Positions 21,077-36,922 are shown, numbered from the stretch's first letter. The stretch: 64,000 nt of DNA from an uncultured beta proteobacterium (GCA_963800185.1 CAWCZW010000010.1:3533-67532), one strand, 5' to 3'. The notes: generated by a model not told the origin, from the letters alone. Translations and numbers: made by a program.

Positions 21077-22550
21077 CAGAACAGCAGCGTGTGCTGGATA
21101 GCCTGCAGGCAAGCCTTCAACAGCGGATCCGGCACGATACCGAGCACCAGCACGGCAACACCGTTGATCGCCAGCAGAGCACGCGTGCTGCTGTCGGCGA
21201 CGATCGGCGACTTGTCTTGCGGCTCGTCGAAATACATCAGCTTGACGATACGCAGGTAGTAGAACGCACCGAACAGCGACGTGATCACGGCCAGCACGGT
21301 CAGCCAGGTCAAACCGGCGTTCATCGTAGCCTGCAGCACGGCGAGTTTCGCGTAGAAACCGACTGCGGGCGGAATGCCGGCGAGCGAGAACATCATGATC
21401 ATCATCACGAACGCGAACACCGGGCTGCGTTGGTTCAGGCCCTTGAAGTCTTCGAGCGTGTCGGCTTCGAAATCGCGGCGAGCCAGCAGCATGATCACAC
21501 CGAAGGTGCCCAGCGTCGTGATCAGGTAGACGATGCTGTAGAACATCGCCGACCCGTACGCGTTGGCCGCGCCCGACGTCTTCTGGTCGACCACGCCGGC
21601 CAGCAGGCCGAGCAGCACGAAGCCCATGTTCGAGATCGCCGAGTAAGCGAGCATCCGCTTGACGTTGCGTTGCACGATACCCGTGATATTGCCGACGATC
21701 AGCGAAAGCGCCGCGAGAATCACCAGCATCTGCTGCCATTCGACTGCCAGCGGCAGCAGGCCCATCACGAGGAAGCGGAGGCCCCAGGCAAATGCCGCGA
21801 CCTTCGGACCACCGCCGACGATCAGCGACATCGCCGTCGGCGCGCCCTGATACACGTCAGGCACCCACATGTGGAACGGCACCGCGCCCATCTTGAACGC
21901 CACGCCCGCCACGATGAAGATCACGCCGAACAGCAGCACGCTCGGATCGTAGTGGCTCGTGCCGATCGCCTTGAACACTTCGTTCAGATCGAGCGAGCCG
22001 GTCGCGCCGTACAGCATCGAGATGCCGTACAGCAGGAAACCCGAAGCCAGCGCGCCGAGCACGTAGTACTTCATCGCCGCTTCGTTCGACTGCGGCACTT
22101 CACGACGCAGCGCGATCACCGCGTACAGCGACAGCGACATCAGTTCCAGACCGAGATACAGCGTCAGGAAGTTGTTGCCGGAGATCATCACGAGCTGGCC
22201 GAGCAACGAGAACATGCCCAACAGGAAGAACTCGCCGCGGAACAGATCACGATCCTCGAGATATCGGCGCGAATAGACGATCGACACGGCATAGCCGAGC
22301 GTCACGACCGCCTTCATCACGTTGGCGAACGGGTCCACCACGTACATGTGGCCGAAGAAGTAGCGCACTTGCGGGTCGAACGCATTCGATCGCGAACCAG
22401 ATGCCGGCGACCAGCGTCGAGAAGAACGCAATAAAGTACGTGGTACGGCGACCGGCCTGGCCGACGAAAGTGTCGTTGAGCCACGCGACGCACAACGGCG
22501 AACATCACCAGTGCGTCGGGCAACAGAGCAGTCATAGGGGCGTTTTGCAT
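21076..22550 (-). CDS. nuoN: NADH-quinone oxidoreductase subunit N (5' frameshifts)
   Basis: EAAMKYYVLGA, FKMGAVPFHMWVPDVYQGAP, KRMLAYSAI. Confidence 0.93.
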
Positions 22551-22575
22551 GATCTTTAAATTCCTCCGCTCGGCG

Positions 22576-24067
22576 TTACTGAGGCAACGGCAGCTTGGAC
22601 TGCGCAACGTGGGAGAGGAGGTTTTCCACGGATACGTGCATCACATCGGTAAAAGGCTTCGGATACAGGCCCATGAACAGCGTCAGTGCAGCAAGCACTG
22701 CCAGCATGAAGAATTCGCGACGGTTGATGTCGAGCAGTGTCTTCACGTGATCGTTGGCGATCGCGCCGAAGTACACGCGCTTGTACATCCACAGCGTGTA
22801 GGCCGCGCCGAGAATCAGCGTGACCGCCGCGCCGCCGGCGATCCAGAAGTTGTACTGGACTGCCGCCAGAATCACCATGAATTCGCCGACGAAACCGGAG
22901 GTGCCCGGCAAGCCGCAATTGGCCATCGCGAACAGCATCGCGAACGCCGCGAACTTCGGCATCACGTTGACGACGCCGCCGTAATCGGCGATCTGACGCG
23001 AATGCATACGGTCGTACAGCACGCCGATAGCACAGGAACATCGCGCCCGACACGAAACCGTGCGAGATCATCTGCACGATCGCGCCTTCCATGCCGAGCT
23101 GGTTGAAGATGAAAAAGCCGAGCGTGACGAAGCCCATGTGCGCGATCGACGAATACGCGACCAGCTTCTTCATGTCCGCCTGCACCATCGCGACCAGACC
23201 GATGTAGATCACCGCGATCAGCGACAGCGTGATCACGACCGGCGCCAGGAAATGGCTGGCGTCCGGCGCGATCGGCAGCGAGAAGCGCAGGAAACCGTAC
23301 GCGCCCAGCTTCAGCATGATCGCGGCCAGCACGACCGAGCCGCCGGTCGGCGCTTCCACGTGGGCGTCAGGCAGCCACGTGTGCACCGGCCACATCGGCA
23401 CCTTCACGGCGAACGCCAGGAAGAACGCGATGAATAGCAGCACCTGCGGCGTCATGGCGATCTGCGCGTGCTGCCATGTAGCGAGATCGAACGTGCCGGT
23501 CTCGACGTACAGATAGATCAGCGCGACCAGCATCAGCAGCGAGCCCATCAGCGTGTACAGGAAGAACTTGAACGCCGCGTACACGCGGTTCGCCCCACCC
23601 CACACGCCGATGATGATGTACATCGGGATCAGCGTCGCTTCGAAGAACACGTAGAACAGCATGCCGTCGGCCGAGCTGAACACGCCGACCATGATGCCCG
23701 ACAGGATCAGGAACGCGGCCAGGTACTGCGCCACGTTCTTCGTAATCACTTCCCACCCGGCGATCACGACGATCACCGTGATCAACGCGGTCAGCACGAC
23801 GAACCACATCGAGATGCCGTCGACACCCAGGTGATACGAAATGTGAAAGCGCTCGATCCAGCTCGCCTGCTCGACAAACTGCAGATCTGCGGTGCTCGAA
23901 TCGAAACCCGTGATCAGCGGGATCGTCACGATAAAGCTGACGACCGAGCCGATCAGCGCAATCCAGCGCGCGGGAGCCGGGTTCCGGTCCGAACCGATAG
24001 CCAGAACGACGAGGCCGACGAGGATCGGCAACCAGATCGCGATACTGAGAATCGGATAAGCGTGCAT
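22576..24067 (-). CDS. nuoM: NADH-quinone oxidoreductase subunit M (frameshift near 23030)
   Basis: GVDGIS, VKVPMWPVHTWLPDAHVEAP, KKLVAYSSIAHMG. Confidence 0.94.
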
Positions 24068-24086
24068 TAGTTAGTGTCCCCTCGCC

Positions 24087-26159
<2,073 letters not shown>

Positions 26160-26176
26160 AACCGCTTTCCCTGAAG

Positions 26177-26483
26177 TTAACCTTTGAGCTGATCGAGATC
26201 CTCGACATTGATCGTGTCGAGGCTACGGAACAGGGTCACCAGAATTGCGAGGCCGATCGCCGCTTCCGCCGCCGCTACCGTCAGCACGAAGAAAACGAAG
26301 ATCTGGCCATGCACGTCGCCCAAGGTAATGCGAGAAGGCGACGAAATTGGTGTTCACCGCGAGCAGCATCAATTCAATCGCCATCAGGATGATGATGACG
26401 TTGCGGCGGTTCAGGAAAATGCCGACGACGCTGATCGCAAACAGGATCGCGCCGAGGACGAGGTAATGGGCTAGGGTCAACAT
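26177..26483 (-). CDS. nuoK: NADH-quinone oxidoreductase subunit K (frameshift near 26320)
   Basis: [13 protein letters not shown]; [15 protein letters not shown] in the shifted frame. Confidence 0.92.
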
Positions 26484-26503
26484 GATTTCTATCTCCTGTC
26501 CGC

Positions 26504-27203
26504 TCAGCTGTTTTTAGCTGGTGCCGAGTCGGCCGCTGCCGCCGCTGCTTGCGCTGCTGCTTCGGCTTCTTCTGCCGCGACGGTCGCCGCGGTCTTTTCC
26601 GACGCCATCTTCACGACGCGCACACGGTCCTGAGCGCGAACCTTGACCTGCTCGCTCACGTTCTGGCGTTTGCTGTCCTTCTTATGGCTCGTGGTCAGAG
26701 CGATCGCGGCGATGATCGCCACCAGCAGCACGAGGCCGGCAATTTCGAACGCGAAGATGTAATCGGTGTAGATGATCTTGCCGATCAGGCGGGTGTTCGA
26801 CCAGTCGCCCATGCCGTTCGCGACAGCCGTCGTGTCACGCAGCGCGCGTGGCGGTCGCGCCGTAGCCGTGCCACAGGATCAGCGCGGTTTCGATCACGAT
26901 GATCGCGCCCACGAGGGTCGCCATCGGCACGAAGCGCTTGAAGTCCTTACGCAGCACGTCCATGTTGATGTCCAGCATCATCACGACGAACAGGAACAGC
27001 ACCATCACCGCGCCGACGTAGACCAGCACCAGCAGGATTGCGAGGAACTCGGCTTCGAGCAGCATCCAGATCGCGGCTGCGTTGAAGAACGCCAGCACCA
27101 GAAACAGTGCGGACGCCACCGGGTTGCGCGAGGTGATCACCTTCAGCCCTGACACAACCAGGAGCAGCGCGAAGATGTAGAACAGTACGGTCGTGAATTC
27201 CAT
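26504..27203 (-). CDS. nuoJ: NADH-quinone oxidoreductase subunit J (frameshift near 26850)
   Basis: [49 protein letters not shown]. Confidence 0.92.
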
Positions 27204-27413
27204 GATTACCGGTTCATCGTTAGGCCATCGTCAGGCATGGTTCTTTGGCACGTGCGCCTGGCGCATTCGCCAGAACAGCCGCACAGGTGCGCCGAGCCGC
27301 GGCGTTCAGGCCGCGGCTTCCGGCCCGACAACAGGCCGTATTACTGCTTTTAGTGCCACATTTTTACTGCTGCGTTGTACTGCCGCCTTGTACTGCATCA
27401 ACAGACAGGCGCT

Positions 27414-27903
27414 TCAACGATACGGTGCGTCTGCCGCCTTGTTCGCAGCGATTTCCGCTTCGTAACGATCGCCGACGGCCAGCAGCATCTCTTTCGTGAA
27501 GTACAGATCGCCGCGCTTCTCGCCGTGGTACTCGAGAATGTGCGTCTCGACGATCGAATCGACCGGGCAGCTTTCTTCGCAGAAACCGCAGAAGATGCAC
27601 TTGGTCAGGTCGATGTCGTAGCGCGTCGTGCGGCGGGTGTTGTCCGCGCGCGGGTCCGACTCGATCGTGATCGCGAGCGCCGGGCACACTGCTTCGCACA
27701 GCTTGCACGCGATGCAACGCTCTTCGCCGTTTTCATAGCGGCGCAGCGCGTGCAGACCGCGAAAACGCGGCGACATCGGGGTCTTTTCTTCCGGGAACTG
27801 CACCGTCACCTTGCGCTGGAACACATAACTGTCCGGTCAACGCGAGGCCTCTGAGCAGTTCCGTCAGGAAGAAGGTCTTGAAAAAATTTTGGATTGCGGT
27901 CAT
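27414..27903 (-). CDS. nuoI: NADH-quinone oxidoreductase subunit I (frameshift near 27825)
   Basis: [12 protein letters not shown] and [12 protein letters not shown] 4Fe-4S motifs. Confidence 0.95.
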
Positions 27904-27918
27904 GGGTTCATCCGCCCT

Positions 27919-28983
27919 TTATTTCCAGATGTTCAACGGCGACATGATCCAGAAGCCGACCACCACCAGCCACACCACGCAGACCGGAATAAAGACCTTC
28001 CAGCCCAGACGCATGATCTGGTCATAGCGATAGCGCGGGAAAGTGGCGCGCGCCCAGATGAACACCGACAACAGCAAGAAGACCTTGAGGACGAGCCAGA
28101 AGATGCCCGGGATAAACGACAGGAACCCGAACGGAGCGCTCCAGCCCCCAAGGAACAGTGTTGCAGCCAAAGCCGAGATCACGATCATGTTGATGTACTC
28201 GGCGAGGAAGAACAGCGCGAACGCCATACCCGAGTAATCGATCATGTGACCCGCGACGATTTCCGACTCCCCTTCCACCACGTCGAACGGGTGACGGTTC
28301 GTTTCGGCAATGCCCGAGATGAAGTAGACGACGAACATCGGCAGCAGCGGCAGCCAGTTCCACGACAGGAAGTTCAGGCCGTGCGACGCGAAGAAGCCGT
28401 GTTCCTGCGAACCGACGATACCCGACAGGTTCAGCGTGCCGGCCGTCATCAGCACGACGACGAGCGCGAAGCCCATCGAGATTTCGTACGAGACCATCTG
28501 CGCCGCGGCGCGCATTGCGCCGAGGAACGCGTACTTCGAGTTCGACGCCCAACCCGCGAGAATCACGCCGTACACGCCGATTGACGAAATCGCCATCGCG
28601 TACAGCAGACCCGCGTTGATGTCGCCGAGCACCGCGCCTGCCTGGAACGGAATCACCGCCCAGATCGCGAACGCCGGCACCACCACCATGATCGGCGCGA
28701 TCAGATAGGTCCAGCGGCTCGCCTGGGCCGGCTGAATCACTTCTTTCAGCAACAGCTTCAGCACGTCGGCGATTGGCTGCAGCAAACCGGCAGGGCCGAC
28801 GCGGTTCGGGCCGAGACGCACGTGCATCCAGCCGATCAGCTTACGTTCCCACAGAATCAGGTAAGCCACACACAGCAGGATCACGACGGCTACCACCAGG
28901 ATGCGCACGAGTGCCCACACCGTGGGCCATGCCACACCGAGGATCTGGGTGCCGCCCGAGTTGATCGTATCGAACAAGCTCAT
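27919..28983 (-). CDS. nuoH: NADH-quinone oxidoreductase subunit H
   Basis: [36 protein letters not shown]. Confidence 0.96.
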   Translation of the reverse strand: MSLFDTINSGGTQILGVAWPTVWALVRILVVAVVILLCVAYLILWERKLIGWMHVRLGPNRVGPAGLLQPIADVLKLLLKEVIQPAQASRWTYLIAPIMVVVPAFAIWAVIPFQAGAVLGDINAGLLYAMAISSIGVYGVILAGWASNSKYAFLGAMRAAAQMVSYEISMGFALVVVLMTAGTLNLSGIVGSQEHGFFASHGLNFLSWNWLPLLPMFVVYFISGIAETNRHPFDVVEGESEIVAGHMIDYSGMAFALFFLAEYINMIVISALAATLFLGGWSAPFGFLSFIPGIFWLVLKVFLLLSVFIWARATFPRYRYDQIMRLGWKVFIPVCVVWLVVVGFWIMSPLNIWK

Positions 28984-31335
28984 TTACGCCTTCTCCACCA
29001 CCAGTTCGCCGAACAGGCTGCCCAGCGCTGCACCGGCAGGCGTAGCCGCCGGTACGCGGACGACCGTTTCCGCAAGATTCGCGTCGCGCACGGCCGGCAA
29101 CTGCACCGATTGCTCGCCCTGGCGCACGCGCACTGCGTCGCCTTCCTTCAAACCCAGTTTGTCGAACAGCGCAGCCGGCAGGCCGACCGTGTTCGCGGCG
29201 CGCGCCGCTGCGGTCAGATGCAGCGAATCAGCGCGACGCACCAGCGCGTCGGCGTGATAGATCGGCACGTTCGCGATACGCTCGAACCTGCCTTCAGCTG
29301 CCTTGCAGCCGATTTACCGCGTGCAACCGCGACGCCCGTCTTGTTCGACAGACGCGATGTCAGTTCACCGTTGCCGAGAGCCGCGTTGCGCACTTCTTCC
29401 GACTGTGTCGAATTCGAAACCCGGCACGCCCAGCAGGCTGCCCAGCACGCGCAACACCTTCCATGCCGGACGCGTGTCGCCGAGCGGCCGCACGACGCCG
29501 TTGAACGTCTGCACCGTGCCTTCGGCGTTGACGAACGTACCGGCCGTTTCCGTGAACGGAGCGATCGGCAGCAGCACGTCGGCGTAGTCGGCGCCGTCTG
29601 GAACGGCGACATCACCACGACCATTTCGGCCTGCTTCAGCGCGGCCAAGGCCTGCGCCGGATTGGCCGTGTCGAACTCGGGCTCGACATTCAGCAGCACG
29701 TAACCTTTGCGCGGCTGCTCGAACACTTCGCGAGCGTTCAGACCACCCTCGCCCGGCAGCGCGTTCACGAGATGCGCGCCGACCGTGTTGGCGGCTTCCG
29801 TGAGGAAACCGAGCGTTGCGCCGGTGGTCTCTGCAATCCATTGCGCCGCGGCGTGAATCAGCGCGAAATCCGGATGACGGACTGCGCCGTTGCCCAGCAG
29901 CACGAAGCGGTTTTGGCCCGAAGCGAGCGACTTCGCGACCTTCTTATGAGCGTCGGTCGGCTGCGTGCCGCGCGAAAGCGTCCGGCAACGCAACGCCGTT
30001 CGCTTCCGACACCGCGCCGGCAATACCGGCCAGCTGCGTCGAGCCATGCCGACGGCGCTGCGACCACGCGTTGCGCTTGCGGAATCAATGCGTCGTCGTC
30101 GGTAGCCTGCACGAACGTGAGCTTCGCGCCGTTCTTCGCGGCTTGACGCAGACGCGCTGCGAACAGCGGATGATCGCGACGCAGGAACGGAGCCGATCAC
30201 AAGCGCGCGCGTCGACGTTCGACAGACTCTGCGATCGCCGTGCCGAGCCACGGCGTGCCGTTGACCGGTGCCGAGAAGTCCGACTGGCGCAGACGGAAGT
30301 CGACGTTAGGCGTACCGACCGCTTGCGCGAGTTGCTTCAGCAGGAACAGTTCTTCGACGGTGCTATGCGGCGCTACCGATAGCGGCCAGCGCATTCGCGC
30401 CATGGTCGCCCTTGATGCCCTTCAGACCCTTGACCACATATTCGAGCGCGGTCTGCCAGTCGGTCTCGATCCACTTGCCGTCCTGCTTGAGCATCGGCTG
30501 CGTGAGACGTTCCGGCGCTGTTGAGGCCTTCGTACGAGAAGCGGTCCTTGTCCGAAATCCAGCATTCGTTGATGGATTCGTTTTCGAACGGCAGAACGCG
30601 CATCACGCGATTGTTCTTCACTTGCACCACGAGGTTCGCGCCGACGGAATCGTGCGGGCTCACCGACTTGCGGCGCGACAGCTCCCACGTGCGGGCGCTG
30701 TAGCGGAACGGCTTGCTGGTCAACGCGCCGACCGGGCACAGGTCGATCATGTTGCCCGACAGTTCGGAGTCGACCGTCTTGCCGACGAACGACGTGATTT
30801 CCGAATGCTCGCCGCGGCCCAGCATGCCGAGTTCCATCACGCCGGCCACTTCCTGGCCGAAACGGACGCAACGCGTGCAGTGAATGCAACGCGACATTTC
30901 TTCCATCGAGATCAGCGGGCCGACGTTCTTGTGGAACACCACGCGCTTTTCTTCGTTATAGCGCGAACCCGACTTGCCGTAACCGACGGCCAGATCCTGC
31001 AACTGGCACTCGCCGCCCTGGTCGCAGATCGGGCAATCCAGCGGGTGGTTGATCAGCAGGAATTCCATCACGGCTTGCTGGCCCTTCACCGCCTTGTCAG
31101 ACTTGGTGCGCACGATCATGCCCGCCGACACCGGCGTCGCGCATGCCGGCACAGCCTTCGGCATCTTTTCGACATCGACCAGGCACATCCGGCAGTTGGC
31201 CGCAATCGACAGCTTCTTGTGATAGCAGAAGTGAGGGATGTACGTGTCGACCTTATGCGCAGCCTGGATCACCATGCTGCCTTCAGGCACCTCTACTTTC
31301 TTGCCGTCTATTTCAAGTTCAACCATGATGGTCAA
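28984..31335 (-). CDS. nuoG: NADH-quinone oxidoreductase subunit G (multiple frameshifts in 3' half)
   Basis: IPHFCYH, NCRMCLV, NHPLDCPICDQGGECQLQD, RCIHCTRCVRF. Confidence 0.94.
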
Positions 31336-31434
31336 TCTTCCTTAACCTGTTACCGCTCAATCGTTCGCCCTGTTCATCGCCCGTGTCAGGCGATGAATCC
31401 CGCGGTTGACGTGTTCGTCTGATGCTTGTCGACG

Positions 31435-32767
31435 TCAGTCAGGCAGCCACTGTTTCCGAGCCGCTGCGTGCCCGGCATGATCGCCGGTCAGGCAATGCTT
31501 ATGGGCGACGTGATATTCGAATTCGTCCCAGTAGTGCTTGAGCATGCCGCGCACCGGCATGGCCGCTGCATCGCCGAGCGCGCAAATCGTGCGGCCCATG
31601 ATGTTTTCTGCGACCGAGTTCAGCAGGTCCAGATCTTCCGTGACGGCCGAGCCCATGCTCGATACGATGAACGACGCGATACAGCCAGCCCGTGCCTTCG
31701 CGGCAAGGCGTGCATTGACCACACGACTCTTCGTAATAGAAGTACGACAGACGCAACAGCGAACGCACCATGCAACGCGTTTCGTCCATCACGATGACCG
31801 CGCCCGAACCGAGCATCGAGCCAGCCTTGGCGATCGAGTCGTAGTCCATGTCGGTGTTCATCATCATCTCGCCCGGAATCACCGGTGCCGACGAACCACC
31901 AGGAATCACAGCCTTGATCTTCTTGCCGCCGCGCATGCCGCCGGCCAGGTCCAGCAACGTCGCGAACGGCGTGCCGAGCGGAACTTCATAATTGCCCGGA
32001 CGTTCGACGTCGCCCGATACCGAGAAAATCTTCGTGCCGCCGTTGTTCGGCTTGCCGATTTCCAGGTAATTCTGCGGGCCGACCGCCAGCAGGAACGGCA
32101 CGGCGGCAAACGTCTCGGTGTTGTTGATCGTGGTCGGCTTGCCGTACACGCCGAAGCTCGCCGGGAACGGCGGCTTGAAGCGCGGCTGGCCTTTCTTGCC
32201 TTCCAGCGATTCGAGCAACGCGGTTTCTTCGCCGCAGATGTAGGCGCCGTAACCGTGGTGCGCATGCAGCTCGAACGAGAAGCCCGAGCCCATGATGTTC
32301 TCGCCGAGGAACCCGGCGCGACGCGCTTCGTCCAACGCCTGTTCAAAGCGACGATAGACTTCGAAAATTTCGCCGTGGATATAGTTGTAGCCGACCGTGA
32401 TGCCCATCGCGTACGCGCCAATGGCCATGCCTTCGATCAGCGCATGCGGATTGAAGCGCAGGATGTCGCGGTCTTTGAACGTGCCCGGTTCGCCTTCGTC
32501 CGAATTGCAGACGAGATATTTCTGCCCCGGGAACTGACGCGGCATGAAGCTCCACTTCAGACCGGTCGGGAAACCTGCACCGCCACGGCCGCGCAGACCC
32601 GACGCCTTGACGTCGGCGATCACCTGCTCGGGCGGAATCTTCTCTTCGAGAATGCGTCGCAGCTGGGCGTAACCGCCGCGCGCCACATAGTCTTCGAGAT
32701 GCCAGTTGTCGCCGTTCAGGCCGGCGAGAATCAGCGGTTTGATGTGACGATCGTGTAAAGACGTCAT
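31435..32767 (-). CDS. nuoF: NADH-quinone oxidoreductase subunit F (3' frameshifts)
   Basis: [50 protein letters not shown]. Confidence 0.95.
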
Positions 32768-33249
32768 TTCGAAAGTTCCTCGAGCAGCTGGTCGATCTTC
32801 GCGCGGCTCATGAAACTGCACATGCGATGGTTGTTCACCAGCATCACCGGCGCGTCGCCGCACGAACCCATGCACTCACCTTCTTTCAGGGTGAACTTGC
32901 CGTCGGGCGTGGTTTCGCCGAAGTCGATGCCGAGCTTCTGCTTCAGATATTCGGCAGCGCCTTCGGCGCCGCCGTCCGGGCCGAGCTGGCACGGCAGGTT
33001 CGTGCAGAGCGTGATCTTGTACTTGCCGACCGGCGAGGTCTCGTACATCGTGTAGAAGGTAGCCACCTCCTGCACGGCGACCGCCGGCATGCCGAGATAG
33101 TCCGCGACGAACTGCATGACGTCGGGCGACAGCCAGCCATGCTCTTCCTGAGCAACGGCCAGCGCCGACATCACGGCGGACTGTTTCTGATCGGCGGGAT
33201 ATTTCGCGATCGCGCGATCGATTTCTTTCAGGCCTTCAGCTGAGATCAT
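32764..33249 (-). CDS. nuoE: NADH-quinone oxidoreductase subunit E
   Basis: [24 protein letters not shown]. Confidence 0.95.
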   Translation of the reverse strand: MISAEGLKEIDRAIAKYPADQKQSAVMSALAVAQEEHGWLSPDVMQFVADYLGMPAVAVQEVATFYTMYETSPVGKYKITLCTNLPCQLGPDGGAEGAAEYLKQKLGIDFGETTPDGKFTLKEGECMGSCGDAPVMLVNNHRMCSFMSRAKIDQLLEELSK

Positions 33250-33380
33250 TTTCAGACACGACTCTTTCAATTCCTACCGAACGAAAACCCGTCGCTTACT
33301 TCATGCTGCGACAGACCCGGCGTTCCTTTGCTTGACGCGCGCTTCGATGCAATCCGACAACGCGCGCCGCTGAATACGTC

Positions 33381-34634
33381 CTAGCGATCCACTTCGCCGA
33401 ACACGATGTCCTGCGTGCCGATGATCGTCACGGCGTCGGCGATCATGTGGCCGCGCGCCATTTCGTCCAGCGAGGACAGGTGCGCATAACCCGGCGCGCG
33501 AATCTTCAGGCGATACGGCTTGTTCGCGCCGTCCGAGATCAGATAGATGCCGAACTCGCCCTTCGGATGCTCGACCGCCGCATACGCTTCGCCTTCCGGA
33601 ACGTGGAAGCCTTCCGTGAAGAGCTTGAAGTGGTGAATCAGCTCTTCCATGTTCGACTTCATGCCGACGCGCGACGGCGGCGCAACCTTGTGATTGTCGA
33701 TCATCACGGGGCCAGGATTCTTACGCAGCCACTCAATGCACTGTTTCACGATTCGCGTGGATTGGCGCATTTCTTCGACGCGAACCAGATAGCGGTCATA
33801 GCAGTCGCCATTCACGCCGACCGGAATGTCGAAATCCATCTTGTCGTAGACTTCGTACGGCTGCTTCTTGCGCAGATCCCACTCGATACCCGAGCCGCGC
33901 AGCATCGCGCCGGTCATGCCGAGTTGCAGCGCGCGTTCCGGGCTGACCACGCCGATACCGACCAGACGTTGCTTCCAGATCCGGTTATCGGTAAGCAGCG
34001 TTTCGTATTCGTCGACGCACTTCGGGAAACGCGTGAAGAAGTCGTCGATGAAGTCGAGCAGCGAACCCTGACGGTTCTCGTTCATCTTCGACAACGCCTT
34101 CGCATTGCGGATCTTCGATGCCTTGTATTGCGGCATCGCGTCCGGCAGATCGCGATAGACGCCACCCGGACGGTAGTAAGCCGCGTGCATCCGTGCACCG
34201 GACACCGCTTCGTACACGTCCATCAGGTCTTCGCGCTCGCGGAACGCATACAGAAACACCGCCATTGCGCCGACGTCGAGCGCGTGCGCGCCGATCCACA
34301 TCAGGTGGTTCAGCACGCGCGTAATTTCGTCGAACATCACGCGGATGTATTGCGCGCGCACCGGCACTTCGATGCCGAGCAGCTTTTCAATCGCCATCAC
34401 ATAGCCGTGCTCGTTGACCATCATCGACACGTAGTCGAGACGGTCCATGTACGGCACGGACTGGATGAACGTTTTGGTTTCGGCGAGCTTTTCAGTCGCG
34501 CGATGCAGCAGACCGATGTGCGGATCGGCGCGCTGGATGACTTCGCCGTCGAGTTCGAGCACGAGGCGCAGCACACCGTGCGCGGCCGGATGCTGAGGGC
34601 CGAAGTTGAGCGTGTAGTTCTTGATCTCTGCCAT
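33381..34634 (-). CDS. nuoD: NADH-quinone oxidoreductase subunit D
   Basis: [34 protein letters not shown]. Confidence 0.97.
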   Translation of the reverse strand: MAEIKNYTLNFGPQHPAAHGVLRLVLELDGEVIQRADPHIGLLHRATEKLAETKTFIQSVPYMDRLDYVSMMVNEHGYVMAIEKLLGIEVPVRAQYIRVMFDEITRVLNHLMWIGAHALDVGAMAVFLYAFREREDLMDVYEAVSGARMHAAYYRPGGVYRDLPDAMPQYKASKIRNAKALSKMNENRQGSLLDFIDDFFTRFPKCVDEYETLLTDNRIWKQRLVGIGVVSPERALQLGMTGAMLRGSGIEWDLRKKQPYEVYDKMDFDIPVGVNGDCYDRYLVRVEEMRQSTRIVKQCIEWLRKNPGPVMIDNHKVAPPSRVGMKSNMEELIHHFKLFTEGFHVPEGEAYAAVEHPKGEFGIYLISDGANKPYRLKIRAPGYAHLSSLDEMARGHMIADAVTIIGTQDIVFGEVDR

Positions 34635-34643
34635 GGCGTTCTC

Positions 34644-35246
34644 TTAGTGTTTCAGACCGCCATAGCGATCCTCGCGGATCACGCGCGGCGTGATTTCCCG
34701 CGGCTCGATCGTCACAGGCTGATAGACGACGCGCTTCTCTTCCGGGTCGTAACGCATTTCGACGTAGCCGGAGACAGGGAAATCTTTACGGAACGGGTGA
34801 CCAATGAAGCCGTAGTCGGTCAGGATGCGGCGCAGGTCCGGGTGACCTTCGAAGACGATGCCGTACAGGTCGAATGCTTCGCGCTCGTACCAGTTGACCG
34901 AATTCCAGATCTCGACGACGGACGGCAGGATCGGCACTTCGTCATCAGGTGCGAACACGCGCAGACGCAGACGCCAGTTGTTCTGCACCGACAACAAATG
35001 CAGAACCGCCGCAAAACGCGGACCGTCGTAAGCGCCGTCGGCGTAGGTCTGATAGTCGACGCCGCAAAGGTCGACGCATTGCTCGAAACCGAGCGAACGG
35101 TCGTCGCGCAGACGCGTTGCAACGTTGAGGTAGTCGCTCGCCTTGACGACGATCGTCAGCTCACCGATTGCTTCGTTGATGCTCAACAGGAGGCCGCCAA
35201 AGGCCGCCTCGAGGTTCGCTTTCAGGGTCTCGAGTTTGCTTGCCAT
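34644..35246 (-). CDS. nuoC: NADH-quinone oxidoreductase subunit C
   Basis: [39 protein letters not shown]. Confidence 0.96.
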   Translation of the reverse strand: MASKLETLKANLEAAFGGLLLSINEAIGELTIVVKASDYLNVATRLRDDRSLGFEQCVDLCGVDYQTYADGAYDGPRFAAVLHLLSVQNNWRLRLRVFAPDDEVPILPSVVEIWNSVNWYEREAFDLYGIVFEGHPDLRRILTDYGFIGHPFRKDFPVSGYVEMRYDPEEKRVVYQPVTIEPREITPRVIREDRYGGLKH

Positions 35247-35267
35247 ATTGTGGGGGAGGCGTTGGCC

Positions 35268-35747
35268 TTATTGACGGGCGATTGTGTTGGTGCGGCGAAT
35301 CTTGGCCTGCAACTGGATCACGCCGTACACCAGCGCTTCCGCAGTCGGCGGACAACCCGGCACATAGACGTCAACCGGAACGATCCGGTCACAGCCACGC
35401 ACTACCGAATACGAGTAGTGGTAATAGCCGCCGCCGTTCGCGCACGAGCCCATCGAGATTACCCAGCGCGGCTCAGCCATCTGGTCGTAGACCTTGCGCA
35501 GAGCGGGCGCCATCTTGTTGCACAGCGTGCCGGCGACGATCATCACGTCCGACTGACGCGGACTCGGACGAAACACCACGCCGAAACGGTCGAGGTCATA
35601 ACGGGCAGCGCCCGCATGCATCATCTCGACCGCGCAACACGCCAGACCGAACGTCATCGGCCACAGTGAGCCGGTGCGCGTCCAGTTGATCAGCTTGTCA
35701 GCCGTCGTGGTGACAAACCCTTCCTTCAAGACCCCTTCGATACTCAT
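35268..35747 (-). CDS. nuoB: NADH-quinone oxidoreductase subunit B
   Basis: [25 protein letters not shown]. Confidence 0.97.
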
Positions 35748-35810
35748 TTGCTTTCCACTCCAGACGGGGTGGCAAGCCTTGGCCACCCACGCAAACCGGC
35801 GATTAATCCA

Positions 35811-36170
35811 TCATTCCCAGTCGAGGCCGCCCTTCTTCCAGATGTAGGCGAAGCCCAGCAGGAATTCGAGCAGGAAAATCATCATTGCCATGAAGCCAGG
35901 CCAGCCGATGTCGCGCAGAGCCACGCCCCACGGAAACAGGAACGCGGTTTCAAGGTCGAAAATGATGAAGAGAATGGCGACGAGATAGTAGCGAACATCG
36001 AACTTCATGCGCGCATCTTCGAATGCTTCGAAGCCGCACTCGTACGGTGCGTTCTTCTCGGTATCGGGCTTGTTGGGACCAAGAATCTTACCGATACTGA
36101 CCAGCGCTACGCCTAAACCGGTGCCTACAATGAGGAACAATAAGACGGGGAAATAGGCTGCGAGGTTCAA
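35811..36170 (-). CDS. nuoA: NADH-quinone oxidoreductase subunit A (probable TTG start)
   Basis: [28 protein letters not shown]. Confidence 0.94.
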   Translation of the reverse strand: MNLAAYFPVLLFLIVGTGLGVALVSIGKILGPNKPDTEKNAPYECGFEAFEDARMKFDVRYYLVAILFIIFDLETAFLFPWGVALRDIGWPGFMAMMIFLLEFLLGFAYIWKKGGLDWE

Positions 36171-36289
36171 GACAATCCTCAATCGGTTGGTTCGGTTCTG
36201 AGTGCCGACAGGAGCATAGCACTCCTGTCGCGAAATCACTTCCGAAACGCACATGCCACAAGCCCAACTTAAGCCGTGCCCTAGAAGTG

Positions 36290-36327
36290 AAAAATGCCAG
36301 CCGAAGCGAAGCAAGCGGCTGGCATTT
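36290..36327 (-). terminator. Terminator downstream of tRNA-Leu
   Basis: AAATGCCAGCCG...CGGCTGGCATTT hairpin; T-run on minus strand. Confidence 0.7.
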
Positions 36328-36338
36328 AGATAACATTT

Positions 36339-36423
36339 TGGTGCCGACGGCGAGACTCGAACTCGCACAGCTTTCGCCACTACCCCCTCAAGATAGCGTG
36401 TCTACCAATTTCACCACGTCGGC
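36339..36423 (-). tRNA. tRNA-Leu(GAG)
   Basis: GCCGACGTGGTGAAATTGGTAGACACGCTATCTTGAGGGGGTAG...GTTCGAGTCTCGCCGTCGGCACCA; 85 nt, long variable arm, encoded CCA; secG-linked. Confidence 0.96.
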
Positions 36424-36535
36424 ACTGCATGCAATCCGGGAAAACAACTTGTAAACCCGCGAATCGCTTCAAGACTTAGATTGTAACTTGTTTAAACAGA
36501 TTGTTCAACGCACAAGAGACAGATTGCCGCAAAAT

Positions 36536-36922
36536 TTATTTCGGCACGTCGGTCGCCGGGACCGATGCAGCCGAGGCCGCGAGCGCAGCCGAACCAGCGA
36601 CCGGCGCGGAAGCCGACGGGGCTGCGGAGGTCGCAGCAGGAGCCGTCACAGCCGTGCCCAGCAAGCCTGCGGAAGGCTTCGAACGATATGCACCGAGGTA
36701 CGTCAGCGTCAGCGTCGTGACAAAAAATACTGCCGCGAGCACGGCCGTCGTACGCGACAAAAAGTTTGCCGAGCCCGTCGCACCGAACAGACTGCCCGAC
36801 GCGCCGCTACCAAAAGCAGCGCCCATATCGGCGCCTTTGCCGTGTTGCAGCAAGACAAGGCCGATGACCCCAAGTGCCGACAACAGCTGAACGACGATAA
36901 TCAATGTTTTCAAATACAGCAT
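36536..36922 (-). CDS. secG: Preprotein translocase subunit SecG
   Basis: [26 protein letters not shown]...NFLSRTT. Confidence 0.95.
   Translation of the reverse strand: MLYLKTLIIVVQLLSALGVIGLVLLQHGKGADMGAAFGSGASGSLFGATGSANFLSRTTAVLAAVFFVTTLTLTYLGAYRSKPSAGLLGTAVTAPAATSAAPSASAPVAGSAALAASAASVPATDVPK

Noticed and set aside
36170-36536. Genomic island at tRNA-Leu
   Set aside because: The tRNA is followed directly by its terminator and nuoA; no integrase or duplicated 3' end seen.
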